From Sedimentisphaerales bacterium (GTDB lineage: Bacteria > Planctomycetota > Phycisphaerae > Sedimentisphaerales > Anaerobacaceae): a stretch of 64,000 bases of DNA. The position numbers were made by a program, and so were the translations under genes. Location: positions 3,744,001-3,808,000 of the forward strand of contig OY970194.1 of assembly GCA_963708075.1 (NCBI GenBank), read 5' to 3'. Positions 50,465 through 61,795 of the stretch are shown piece after piece. Within the stretch, counting starts at the first letter, position 1. Each line of letters starts with the position of its first letter. Below the pieces are notes generated by a model. The model was not told the DNA's origin, searched no databases, and was given only the letters and a program-made list of their open reading frames with translations.

Positions 50465-53125
50465 CTACAGCCTTCCTTTCATGACGAAACTCACTGGGGC
50501 AAACGCCGTCAGATTCACAGTGAACATGCCCTGCTCCACGGGAATCAGTGCACCGGCCGGTTCGCCGCGGAGATTCACTGGTTGGACTTGCTCAACATCG
50601 ATCCCCGCGGGCAGACGCACCCGACACGCGCCGGAATTGCCCGCGTATTCCCATAAACGCAGCACGATCCCGGGGCCGTCCGGATTGCGGCCGAAGGCCG
50701 TGACCAGCACGCCTTTGAGCGACAGTTCCAATCCCGCCTGTGCGGTCGGCAGCTTCCCGCCGGGGCCGTTGGCCCAGGCCGCCTGGAGCGGATAGCGGGA
50801 TTCCAGGGCAGGCGTGATGAGCAACGACTCCGACTGGTAGCGGTCAATCGGCCAGATCCGGACGCGCGAGGTCCACGTGCCTGAGTTCCACAGCCGGAAG
50901 TTCGTGTTCCACTGGTTGTTGAACAAGTTCACATAGACGGTCGGCTTACGTGGCACAAAGTCGTGCGTGTACTTCCAGCAGCCCGGCGTGTCCAGACTGA
51001 CCAGCGGAGAATCGAGCGGGCAAACGCCGACGCCCTGGCCCTGTGGGTCGGTGACAGCCAGGCCGGTATTGAGTCCGAAGATGTGCCGGTTGGCGCCCGG
51101 CAGGATGTCGCGGGCGGGGTCGATGATCGAAGCGACCCGGCCGAGGCGGAACTGCGGTGAATCGACCTTCAGTGGCAGGCAGAGCCAGCCGGCCTCGGAC
51201 CATGAATCGGCCGGCTTATCATGAAGCGTGATCTCGAGATCCAGGTACGGCTGGTCGCGATATAGAACGACCCGTGTTGTGACCGCCGGCAGGTCTCCAT
51301 CCGCGCGGTTTTCCATCACGGCCGCCACCGAGACCGCTGACCGCTCGAAGCGAAGCTGGAAATCCTTCGGCGAAGCAGCGCGATACGGGAATTCCTCGGC
51401 GGGTGGCTGGCTGACTTTGTTGAACACCTGGCTCTTGACCTGCTCCGGAAGGCGGAGGTACGCATTGCAGTATTCATTCATCTGCTTCGTGTCGAACCGC
51501 TCGTACAGGTACTGGCCCAAACCGACCGCCGCTGTGTCATCGACCAACTCGCGCCCCGAGGCCTTTTCCATCAGCGACCGCACAATGCCTCGCGCGGGAT
51601 CGAACGTCGCGCGGAATTGAGCGGTTTCGATCACGCCGCCATCGCTGGAAAGAAGCGGAGCCGAGGCGTTGACCGGGACATAGGTGCGGTAGCCCATCGG
51701 CGGCACATCGCGGGCAATGAAGCGACACTGGCCGTTTACGGTTTCGACCGCCAGGTCCTCGCCACGATCTACCGCTCGCATCGCGTCCGCGCCCGGCGTC
51801 TGGGCCTCGATGCTCACCAATCCGTCGCGCTTCCACGGCAGCGGGTTGTAGACCACGAGCCGCTGCCCGGTGTAGCCTACGTTTCGGGCGAGTGACGTGA
51901 GGTTCTCCTGCAGAACTGGCATGAGGACCTTATGCACGTTTTCAATATACGCGGTGTGCTCGTCCCAGGAGGCTTCGATCTTCCGGAACCGGCCGGCCGC
52001 GCGGTCCTTACGAAAATCCTCACCGAAGCTCATCTTGCCTTCGATGTGTCCAAACCCGGCCCACCACCCCATCCCGCCCCAGGTATGTTCGCCATAGAGC
52101 AGGCTTTGCTCGTAGGCCTCAGCCACCGCCGGTGCGGCATCAGGCACCGTCACACCCCACGCATCCAGTTGTGTATTAAGCGATTCCGTGGCGGCAATCA
52201 GCGGCCGGAGGTTGCGGGCGATCTTGCCGCCCGCCGGGTCCGACATCGGACCGTGAATCCAGGTGTCCGGGGCATCGCCACGGATGACAGGCAAATCGGC
52301 CTTCTCGGCTGCAATGGCGTCGGCGAAATCGGAAAGTCGGCCGATCCGCACTTTGACACCAGGCAGCTTTTGGGCTGCTTCGTCGAGTACCTTCTGGACA
52401 TCCTCGGGCCGCGGCGGACCGACGTTGTCACCCGTATGGAGCAATGCCAGCCAGGTCTTGTAGGGCCAGTCTTTGGGAGGCATCAGGCCGGTACCGTAAT
52501 CGGGCGAGTACATCGTCAGCGTTCGCGAGCCGTCCGGCCCCTCCCACCAGAACAGCGGCGGCACCAGCAGCGGCGCGCTCCATCCATTGCAGCCGATGTG
52601 CATGAAGCGCACGCCGGCATGGTGCAACAGCGTGGATAGCATCCAGGTGTGTTCGGGGACATCGGTCATCTTTCCATCGTACGGCAGGGCGAGGCCCAGT
52701 TCCCGTGTGAGCCGCGACGAGTAGCCCAGCCCGCGCACCATGTCTTCCACTTCGAGCAGTTCGGTGTGCGTGGTGAACGGCAGTGCGTGAACCACGAATC
52801 GGCCGTCTTTGAACGCCTGCACGATCTGCTGCTTCCGGTCAGGTGTCTGACCTTGCCAGTCTTCAAGAATCTTATGCATCGGCCAGCCGGGGATTGTCCA
52901 GACGAACTGCTGTTCCGGCGGCAGATCATGACTCTGATCCACCACCTTGAGGGCCTGGTCGATCATCGTCGTGCGATAACGTTGCACAACGTTGGCGGCC
53001 ATGTCCGTATAGCCGATGTCGAAGTGGGTCTTGAAAACAACAATGACTTCCTGAACGTCGGCTGACGCAGCTATTGGCGCTATCAGCCCGCAAAGCAAAG
53101 CGACCGCCAAGGCTTGTCTTCTCAT
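50465..53125 (-). CDS. Secreted GH38-like (alpha-mannosidase N-terminal fold) glycoside hydrolase
   Basis: FKTHFDIGYTD, TDVPEH, LFWWEGPDGS, GDNVGP, LLYGEHTWG and YNPLPWKR. Confidence 0.8.
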   Translation of the reverse strand: MRRQALAVALLCGLIAPIAASADVQEVIVVFKTHFDIGYTDMAANVVQRYRTTMIDQALKVVDQSHDLPPEQQFVWTIPGWPMHKILEDWQGQTPDRKQQIVQAFKDGRFVVHALPFTTHTELLEVEDMVRGLGYSSRLTRELGLALPYDGKMTDVPEHTWMLSTLLHHAGVRFMHIGCNGWSAPLLVPPLFWWEGPDGSRTLTMYSPDYGTGLMPPKDWPYKTWLALLHTGDNVGPPRPEDVQKVLDEAAQKLPGVKVRIGRLSDFADAIAAEKADLPVIRGDAPDTWIHGPMSDPAGGKIARNLRPLIAATESLNTQLDAWGVTVPDAAPAVAEAYEQSLLYGEHTWGGMGWWAGFGHIEGKMSFGEDFRKDRAAGRFRKIEASWDEHTAYIENVHKVLMPVLQENLTSLARNVGYTGQRLVVYNPLPWKRDGLVSIEAQTPGADAMRAVDRGEDLAVETVNGQCRFIARDVPPMGYRTYVPVNASAPLLSSDGGVIETAQFRATFDPARGIVRSLMEKASGRELVDDTAAVGLGQYLYERFDTKQMNEYCNAYLRLPEQVKSQVFNKVSQPPAEEFPYRAASPKDFQLRFERSAVSVAAVMENRADGDLPAVTTRVVLYRDQPYLDLEITLHDKPADSWSEAGWLCLPLKVDSPQFRLGRVASIIDPARDILPGANRHIFGLNTGLAVTDPQGQGVGVCPLDSPLVSLDTPGCWKYTHDFVPRKPTVYVNLFNNQWNTNFRLWNSGTWTSRVRIWPIDRYQSESLLITPALESRYPLQAAWANGPGGKLPTAQAGLELSLKGVLVTAFGRNPDGPGIVLRLWEYAGNSGACRVRLPAGIDVEQVQPVNLRGEPAGALIPVEQGMFTVNLTAFAPVSFVMKGRL

Positions 53126-53128
53126 AGC

Positions 53129-56100
53129 TTATCTGAACTCCGCACGGAGACTCACTAGCCCCGAGGCGGGGACTTTGATCTTGCCGCTCACCTGTTTACC
53201 CGCACGCTCGCTGGTATCGCTCAGGAACACGCCCGCCGGTGGCGCGATGCCCCACTTGAGCGTGGCGGACCTCGCCTTTGCCGACGCACCGAACAGCCGG
53301 ATGATCACGGCCTTGCCGTCATCGCTCGGCTTGAGAGCCGTCACGAGGACATCCTCAGGCTCCACACGGAGGAACGGTGCGCCGGAGGGCTTCGCGCCGC
53401 TTGCACGAACAGCCAGAAGCGGCTGGCTGAAACCGGTAGCGAAACGCGAGGCTTCCGCCACGTCGCGCCTGTCGTGCGGCCGCAGGATGAAACGGAACAC
53501 GGTCGGTCCCTCCTGGTAGGCGCGATAGTTCGTGCCCCAGTGGTTGTTCATGGCCCACGAGTAGAGCTTCTGGGTCGGCTCGACGTGCTTACGCCAGATG
53601 TCCGGGTTGGTCTGCGAGTTGAGCAGCGTGGCGGTGATCCCGCCCACCTGCACCAGCGGAGCATCGAGCGTCACCCATGTGACGCCCCGGCTCTTGTTCG
53701 AGACATCGGCCCAACGGCCCACGGTGAACCAATTCTTGCACGCGCTGGGCATTTGGTCGGCCTCCGGACGCATTACGCCGAGCGGAAGGTCGAGCAGCAT
53801 GTCGCCATTCGGCACCGCGAACGGGAACGCGAAGTTCACGCTCTCCTTGCCCTCCTTTGCCATGTAGCTCTTGGCAGGCAAGCGCTCCTTATCCACGGCG
53901 TTGATGCACTCGACGTAGTCGAGCCCGGCCACGACGCGAAGCTCGCGCACAAGCTTCTTGCAGCCCGGCGCAGCGGATTCGACAATAAGCGAGGCCACCA
54001 GCGGACCTTTCTCGCCTATGCGAATCGTCACCTTGCCATTTCGCTGAATGTTCTTCAGATCGTCGCCGATCAGATAGAGGTAGTCGTTCAGGGCCTCACC
54101 GCCGCTGGTGTCGGCGAAGTTGCCCTTCAGATCCTTTGCGGTCAGCTCGACGATTCCGCCGGTCTTCTCATCCACACGCAGACGAATGACGCCACTGTCA
54201 AGAGTCGATCCCTGTGCGGCCGCCTGACCCTTGGCCTCGGGAGCACCCGAGGTCGCGATGTAGCGCTGTGAGGTAAAGGCCGGCACATCCTTGGTGAGGA
54301 ATACGAGCTCGCCCGAGGATAGCCGCTGCGACGGGACTACCTTTCCTTTGTCGTCGATCACGCGATCACCCGTGGCGGAGAGTTCCCTGGACAGGGTCAC
54401 CAATTCCGTTCGCGGCCATGAGAGCGTGTTGAACACATCCACCGCTCCCGGCGGTGCGCTCGATCCGACGCGTTTCGCTGTCGCCGCGGCTAATAGCTCG
54501 CATGATTGCTTGTCCGCCGCCAGGGCATAGCTCTGCTTGATTTCCCATTGTTCTTTTGTCTTCTGCCGTTCCGGCCCGGTGACGCTGCAGTCGGCACCCC
54601 AGGTGTGCTCCGAGTAGAGCAGCACGCTGTTCCAGGCGTCTCCGAAGGCCGCCGCTGGATATACGGGGGGCTTGAGCATCGCAAACAGCGTTTCCGCCTG
54701 CGCGAGCCTGTCGGAGCTGGCGCGATTCATCGCGGTCTCCAGTGCGGACGAGCCCGCGCCATCCTCCCAGTACGGCGTCCAGTCCCCTCGCACCGTGGGA
54801 AGCCTGTCGCCGTAACGCTGCTCGAACGTGCGAAAAGCTTCCGTCGTACCGCAGATGATGAAGTGCGGCCAAGTGTATTTGGCATTCCAGTCCCTGACGA
54901 ACTCGCAGATAGCGGGGTCGGGCACGGCGTTGTCCCCATGGCCGCTCCAGCGCACGTACGCGATGTCAAATGGGTAGCCGCGTTTCTCCAGGCCATCGGA
55001 GAAATCCTCCACGAGCTGCGGCGACATCTTTCCATACTTATGCGACATCGCGTAGCCCCAGAACGGAATCCAGACGAGCACCTTCGACCGGCCATCGGGT
55101 CCCACCCAGTAGAATGGTTTGTTTTCCCATTCCCGCAGGATCGTACCGATGCGGTCGAAGTAGTTCGGCGCTGCGGAGAAGTACCGGATGCCCGCGTGTG
55201 CCATGGCGGTGACCGTGCCCCACGTGTAGCCGGGGACGTCGGAGATCATGACGGACTCGATCGGCACGCCGGTCTTTTCGGCCAACTCCGTGGAGTAGCG
55301 GAACAGACGGACCAGCTCCTCCGGGCGACATAAGCCGGTCAGCTCGTTCAGATACATGCCGTTCAGGACGACCTGGCCGCTCTTGACCGCGGCGAGGAAA
55401 TCCGCCCGCTGCTGCTCGTCGAGCCGGTGCAGGATACAGGTCCGCCGCCCACAGCACCTCTACGTTCCAGACAAACCGGGCCCCCGGCGGGTAATTGGCG
55501 GTACGCTTGGCCGCGGCGAGGCCGTCAATAAGGTTCTGCACCTGCCTTTTCTCGATGGCCGTCTGAATCTCCGTGTAGCCGATGTCGGTGTGCGAGTGCG
55601 GCGTGATGTACACCGTAAGCTTCTTCACCGGTTTCAGTGTGATCTCGCGGGACGCCACGATTTTGCCGCCCACCTCGACCGTGACCTGTCGTTTTGTTTC
55701 CTTGCCGATAGCGCCGGCCATCAGCTCCGCCTCCTGCGAACCCTCCTTGAGACGCACAGTCACGGCGGGCCCGTCCTGCAAGCGCACAACCGCGTCGGTG
55801 CTTTCGCCAAAATGCCGCAGAGTGACCAGCACCGGCTGCACCGGCTTCCCATCCCGCTCCCGCAGCGCGCGGATGGGTCTAACGTCATCAAGCAGGGTCC
55901 GCGACTGCACCTGGCCCAACTCGGCCCCGGCGGGCACAGCCAACTCGATGCTGTCGTAGAGCATCCAGGAACCGCTGACCGTAATGATGCGAATTTCATT
56001 GTCGCCGGTCTTGAGAAGACTCGCCGGGAAGGTCACGGCGAAGTTGTGCCGCTTGCCCTTGTCCGGCTGGCCGAACACGGAGGCGTCCCCCGCGCCGGCG

Positions 56101-56540
56101 GGCAGGGCTTGCTCGAACGGCCGCGCGTTGACTTCCACACGGAGCTTCGGCGGGCCTGCGCCCTGGGTGTCGATCAAGTTGAACTGGAGCCGGCATTCTC
56201 CTGCGACTGGCGGGACTTTGAGTCCGAAGAGCACGACGAACGTATGCGGTCGGCCCCCCGCCCAACCATCCACCGGCCCCGGGTGCACATACGGCCAGTC
56301 CTTCTTCGCATCCGAGCTGCCGACGACAAAGAACCCGTCGGTCTTGAATTGCGCGTAACCGCCCGGCGCCAACGCGAACTCCGCGTTCTTCCCGTCAGCC
56401 TCGCCGATCCGCCACAGGGATGTGAGCTCACCCGCGAGAGCGTTCCCCGCGACAGTACTCACAAGACAGAGCACGAGCGCAATCATCGCAAGCGGTTTTG
56501 CATTTACGACAGTCGATTTGCAGTTTCCGGTCATCATCAT
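53129..56540 (-). CDS. Secreted GH38-like glycoside hydrolase with N-terminal CBM-like domain (frameshift near 55433)
   Basis: LWRIGEADG..EFAL and WPYVHPGP.D.WAG N-terminal module, then PHSHTDIGYT. Continues in ORF 53129-55357 with SDVPG, PFYWVGPDG, YWEDGAGS, YSEHTWG and MNNHWGTNY. Confidence 0.8.
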
Positions 56541-56712
56541 AAGCAGGTCCTCACAATCATAATCAGGGCCTCATGCTACCCTGTGAATCGCCCCCGTGCC
56601 AGTTGCCATCCTCCATTTTTTCTTCGAATCTGGCGAGTTCTTCGGCCACGGCCCTTGCATGAAACCCCCTATCTCATAAAATCGCCCGATATGGGTTGGA
56701 AACAAGGAACAT

Positions 56713-56741
56713 GTACGGGCGGGTTTGAAACCCGCCCCTAC
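56713..56741 (-). repeat. REP-like family A upstream of the MFS gene
   Basis: GTACGGGCGGGTTTGAAACCCGCCCCTAC, identical to 18386-18414. Confidence 0.85.
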
Positions 56742-56767
56742 CGACGGGTCTTTTGGAGGCCGATCTC

Positions 56768-58091
56768 ATGGATGATTCGACAGTCGCCATTGGAAATTCG
56801 ATTTCGCGGAGAACCCCCTTCCCTTCGCGTGTTCTGGGTCGCCAATAGCGTCGAGGTACTGGAGCGATTCGCCTACTACGGCATCTACTTCGGCTTTGGG
56901 ATCTACATGGCCCGCCTGGGCTATTCCCGCGAGCAGTTGGGCATCGTGCAGAGCCTCTTTCTGCTGCTGTCCTACGTGACTCCGGTGATCTCCGGGACCT
57001 TTGCCGACCGGTACGGTTTCAAGAAGATCCTGATCATCTCGTACCTGGCTTACCTGCCGTCGATCCTGCTGCTGATCCTGACGAAGTCCTATTCAGGGAT
57101 CATTCTGACGATGCTCAGCATTGGCCTGGCCGCCGGCATCTTCAAGCCTCTGATCTCCGGCACAATCCGCGCGGTCACCGACAAGACCAACAAGACCCTG
57201 GGTTTTGGCATCTTCTATGCGATGGTCAACGTCGGCGGCTCGTTCGGACCGATCGTCGCCGGCAAGCTGCGAGCGATCTCCTGGAACTATGCCTTCATCG
57301 CCTCGGCGGTCGCCGTGGTGGTGATGCTGATCATCACGATCTTCTTCTACAAGGAGCCCCCTCGCCAGACCGACGGGGCCACGCTCGGCCACAAGCTCAA
57401 GGAAATCGGGACGACCCTCGCGGACAGGAGGTTTGCCGCGTTTCTGCTGCTGCTGGGCATCTTCTTCTGGCTGCCATTCTGGGCGTTCTTCAACCTGTGC
57501 GCCCTGTACGTGGACTCGTCCATCGATACCGCCCGGCTGTATCTGGACATCAAGGCCGTCTTCGGCACTGCCTTCGCCAACTTCTTCTCCTATGTGGACG
57601 ACAACAAAGTCCGGCGCATCCTCGGTGAGACGATCTCCCACACCGGCTACATCATCATGATCTTCCAACTCCTCGTCTCGCGCATCGTGGAGCGATCCCG
57701 ACCGATTCCGGCCTTTCTCTGGGGACTGGCCATTGCGGCGGTAGGCTTTGTGGTCCTGGGCTACGCCGCCATCTCCGTTCCGGCGCTGGTCTTCCTGGGC
57801 ATCTTCCTGTTCGCCGTGGGCGAGATGATCACCTCGCCACGGATTCAGGAGTACATCACCTGGATCGCTCCTAAGGAGAAGGCCGGTCTGTACATGGGGT
57901 CCAACTTCCTGGCCACCGGCATTGGCGGCGTCACCAGCGGTGTGACTTACACGACCCTGTACGGCCGCTTTCAGGATGCCGGCCACCCCGAGTACGTCTG
58001 GTATGTCCTGGCCGCCCACGTGGTCGTTGGCATCCTGGCGATCTTCCTGTTCATGCGGATCGCAGGCGAGTTCCGCGAGCGGCAGGAGTAA
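56768..58091 (+). CDS. MFS transporter, POT-like (probable frameshift near 56824)
   Basis: FWVANSVEVLERFAYYG, GTFADRYGFK, GIFKP, GFGIFYAMVNVG and GEMITSP. ATG 56768 follows GGAGG and joins as ..TPFPRVFW if one T is removed. Confidence 0.85.
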
Positions 58092-58144
58092 GCAGAGGCG
58101 CAACAACTTGTATCTTCGCTACTTGTATTTTGGAGGATCACGCA

Positions 58145-59107
58145 ATGAACGGCAGATCAGCAAAATCGTGGTGGCTTGCAACAAGTTTGGCTCTGGTCGG
58201 GACGCTGCTCTTTTTCGCCGGGGCTGCACACGCCCAGGGAGCCGCAATGTCGAAACCGGCGCCTGCTCCGGATCCCACGGATGGCAAGGTAAGAATCATC
58301 TGCTTCGGCGCCCATCCCGATGATTGCGAGTTCAGCGCCGGGGGCACGGCGGCCCTGTGGGCGGCCCGCGGCCATCACGTCAAATTCGTCTCCTGCACCA
58401 ACGGCGACATCGGTCACTGGGGCATGGCCGGCGGGCCGCTGGCCCAGCGACGCACCGCCGAAGTCAAGCGCTGCGCCGAGATCTTCGGCATCGAGATGGA
58501 AGTGCTCGACATCCATGACGGCGAGCTGATGCCGACTATGGAGAACCGCAAAACCATCGTCCGGCTGATCCGCCAATGGCGGGCGGATGTCGTCATGTGC
58601 CATCGGCCCAACGACTACCATCCTGACCACCGCAATGTCGGCATGCTCGTCCAGGACGCCGGCTACATGGCCACCGTCGCGTTCTTCTGCCCGGACATTC
58701 CCTACCTGAAGCGAAACCCGGTCTTTCTGTACTACGAGGACGGATTCAAGAAGCCCAACCCGTTCTCCCCGGACATCGTGGTCGGCATCGACGAAGTCGT
58801 GGGCAAGAAGCTGGACGCAGCGATAGCTTTGGCATCGCAGACGCTCGAAGGCGGCTGCGACGGCTCCGAGAATTCGTATCCGAGCGATCCGGAGAAACGC
58901 AAGGCTCGCGAGGAGCAGGTCCGCCGCAGCTTCGACGGCTCGTTCGCCGGGGCCGCCAACCAGTTCCGAAAGCAACTCGCCGACTGGTACGGTCAGGAAC
59001 AGGCCGGCAAGATCCGCTATGCGGAAGCCTTCGAGATCTGTGAATACGGCCGCCAGCCCAACAAAAAGGAGATTCGGGAGCTGTTTCCATTTTTCCCAAA
59101 TCCGTAG
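58145..59107 (+). CDS. PIG-L family deacetylase, secreted
   Basis: GAHPDD, TNGDIG, DYHPDH and AEAFE, with a signal peptide. Confidence 0.9.
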   Translation: MNGRSAKSWWLATSLALVGTLLFFAGAAHAQGAAMSKPAPAPDPTDGKVRIICFGAHPDDCEFSAGGTAALWAARGHHVKFVSCTNGDIGHWGMAGGPLAQRRTAEVKRCAEIFGIEMEVLDIHDGELMPTMENRKTIVRLIRQWRADVVMCHRPNDYHPDHRNVGMLVQDAGYMATVAFFCPDIPYLKRNPVFLYYEDGFKKPNPFSPDIVVGIDEVVGKKLDAAIALASQTLEGGCDGSENSYPSDPEKRKAREEQVRRSFDGSFAGAANQFRKQLADWYGQEQAGKIRYAEAFEICEYGRQPNKKEIRELFPFFPNP

Positions 59108-59142
59108 AACGCGCGGGCGTATTGTCCAACTCCTCCGCCAAC

Positions 59143-59173
59143 GTGGGCGGGCGGGTTTCAAACCCGCCCCTAC
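59143..59173 (-). repeat. REP-like family A whose GTAG supplies the rnr stop
   Basis: GTAGGGGCGGGTTTGAAACCCGCCC on the minus strand, with TAG at 59170-59172. Lies between convergent genes. Confidence 0.85.
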
Positions 59174-61360
59174 TGCCTGCGACGGTTTCGATGTCTTTGG
59201 GAGCGTTTTCGCTGGCCCTGTTGTGGCCGGGTCTGCTGAGGCAATCTCGCGATAAGATCGACGGCTGGAGCCAAGTCGAGTTGCCCCGCGGCGGGATAGA
59301 CATCGACGATCCGTACGCGCATGGTCTGCCCTAGCCGCAGGACCGCCCTCGTGTGGCGGCCGATGAGGCATTGACTTTGCTCGTCGAACTGCCAGTGATC
59401 CGGTCCCAGGGCCTCGCGTCGGATCAGCCCTTCCACGCCGTACTCGGGCAGGTACACGGCAGCCCCGAATCCGGTCAGGCTCACGACGACCCCGTCCAGC
59501 TCCTGCCCGGTAAACCCCTTCAATAGATGAAGGACGAGAATCGTCTTGAGTTCCTGCACGGCGTCTTCCGCGGCCTGCTCGGTTTCCGAAATGTGCTCTC
59601 CGATATTCGCGAGTTCCGCGAAGGAATATTGGCGACGAGCGTAGTCCACTCTGCCGGTCAGATATCCGTGGAGCACGCGATGCACGATGAGGTCCGCGTA
59701 GCGACGAATGGGACTTGTGAAGTGGCAGTACTTGCGTGCGGCCAGGGCGTAGTGGCCGACACTCTCAGGGCCGTAGACCGCCCTCTCCAAGCTGCGCAGG
59801 ACAAGAATGTTCACGGGTAATGCCGCCCGGGTATTGCGGACCTGGTCCAGCAGTTTCTGTAAATCGCCGCGCTGAGGTTGGCGAGAGAGCGTCATTCCCA
59901 GCAGCCGAAGGGTCTGCGAGAGCCGGCGAAAGGCGGCGGAATCAGGCTCGGGGTGGATACGCCGTATGAAAGGGATGCAGTAGCGGTCGAGCAGAGTCGC
60001 CACCGCGACATTGGCCTCAACCATGAACATCTCGATGATCGTATGCGGATAGCAGGTGTCTTCGGGCTGGACGCCGATCACCTGCCCCGAACCATCCATC
60101 ACGACTTCACCGGCGAACGTCTGCAATTGCAGCATGCCCGCCCGGCGTCGGCGATCCTCGATCCGGCGGGCCAGTTCGTCCATACCGTGCAACAGGGTCA
60201 CGACATCCGCTGACAGGCCGCAGGGGTCGCCCTTCAACACGCGGTCGGCCTGCTGGTATGTCAGACGAGCCTGGGACTTCATCATCGTATTGGCAAAGCG
60301 GGTGGCCTGGACACGGCCGTCTTTGTCGTAGGTCAGGTACACGCTCTTGGTGTATCGCGGCTGGCCCGGCTGAAGGGAACAAACGCCGTTGCTCAGCATC
60401 TCCGGAAGCATCGGCAGCGTCCTGCCAGGCAGATAGACGCTGTTGCCGCGTTGGCGGGCGCAGCGGTCCAGGGCGGAACTGGCCGGGACGAAATGGCTGA
60501 CATCCGCGATGTGAACCCCAAGGACCGACCGCCCCTGCTCATCGGTGGTAAGGCTGATGGCATCGTCAAAGTCTTTGGCGTCCGGCGGGTCAATCGTAAT
60601 GATCAGGGCGCCGGTGATGTCCTCGCGGCCGCGAGTGTCCCGGGGATCGAAATTCTCCCTCGCGTTGCTGGCCTCGACCAGGCTGCTCGGATCGAAGTCC
60701 TCCTGCAAGCCGTGGCGTTGGATGATCGCGGAGATTTCCGTATCGAACCGGCCCGGCCTGCCAAGGACTTCCGTAATCACCCCGCGCCGGCTGGGAACGA
60801 GTCGGATAGGTGCGAATCCTCACCGCCACCTTATCCCCATGGCGGACCCTTCGGATATCGATGCTTTCCACCTCGACCGGCCGGAAGAAATCCCCGCCGT
60901 CCGGCTGGACTACCCACAAGCTCTGCTCCTGCCGCAGCGTGCCGACCACGGTCGTATGGGCCCGCTCCAGGACCCGGACGATTTCCCCGGTGAGCCGGTC
61001 CTGGTCCTTCTTTCGCGTGATCCTCGCGACGACGCGGTCCCCCGTCATCGCATTGCCGGTGGCGTTGGCAGGGATGAACACGTCATCGTCCATGCTGTCC
61101 TGCTGGGGCGTGATGAACCCGTACCCGCGGGCATTGGCCCGGAAGGTGCCTGTGATCTCGTTGGAGATCTCCGGCAGTTTGACGAGATTGCCCGCCCCGA
61201 CGATCACGCTGCCCTCCGCGCAGAGTGAGTCCAGCGCCTCGCGAAAGGCGGCCCTCAGCTCGCCGCGAATGCCCAGTTCCTGTTCCAGGTGAACGAGCTT
61301 GCGGGGCGAACTATCCTTCTGCAGCAGATGCAGAATATGGCTCTTCAAAACCTCGTGCAT
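59170..61360 (-). CDS. rnr: Ribonuclease R / RNB family 3'-5' exoribonuclease (frameshift near 60783)
   Basis: Cold-shock domain GTFRANARGYGFI..AMTGDRV, TIDPPDAKDFDDA, GVHIADVSH, IEMFM..AN, YCHFTSPIRRYADL and a C-terminal S1 domain. One G is missing in a G run at the junction. Confidence 0.93.
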
Positions 61361-61553
61361 CGACGCATCATATCATCCGGCGTAACCCGCCGTAAGGTCC
61401 AAACCCAGTCGTGCCGCCAACAGCCAGCCGAGCCAAATTGGCTTTGTTTCGCACACAGGTCCTCAGCGACTTCGTGTGCCCGGCAGGGCAAATTGGCTTT
61501 GTTTTGCGCGATCGGCCCCGGTCGTGGTGACGCCGCGACGCGTTTCCTTCAAG

Positions 61554-61572
61554 GCCCTTACGGGCACACTAC
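61554..61572 (-). repeat. GTAG REP-like family C inside the array
   Basis: GCCCTTACGGGCACACTAC, identical to 7981-7999. Confidence 0.7.
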
Positions 61573-61795
61573 AGACAGGTCCGCCGGCATATTTGGCTTT
61601 GTTTTTCGCACAGGCATAATCCGCGTTTTTCGCATAACTCTTTTGCCTACCGGGAATTACCTTCCATTGGGCCCTCCGCCAATTGGCTTTGTTTCGCGCA
61701 ATCATCCCTGCTTGCCGGCCGACAGCCCCCGGAATTTGGCTTTGTTTCACACAGTACGCCGGGCAAATTGACTTTGTTTGTGCGACCCGGCCCCT

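Noticed and set aside
55356..56767. 911-aa ORF as a giant MFS fusion
   Set aside because: The N-terminal half is the antisense shadow of the GH38-like gene plus an intergenic REP. The real gene starts near 56768.
25351..61360. Calling the frameshifted genes pseudogenes
   Set aside because: Each has a single indel in an error-prone context with no further decay, so sequencing error is more likely.
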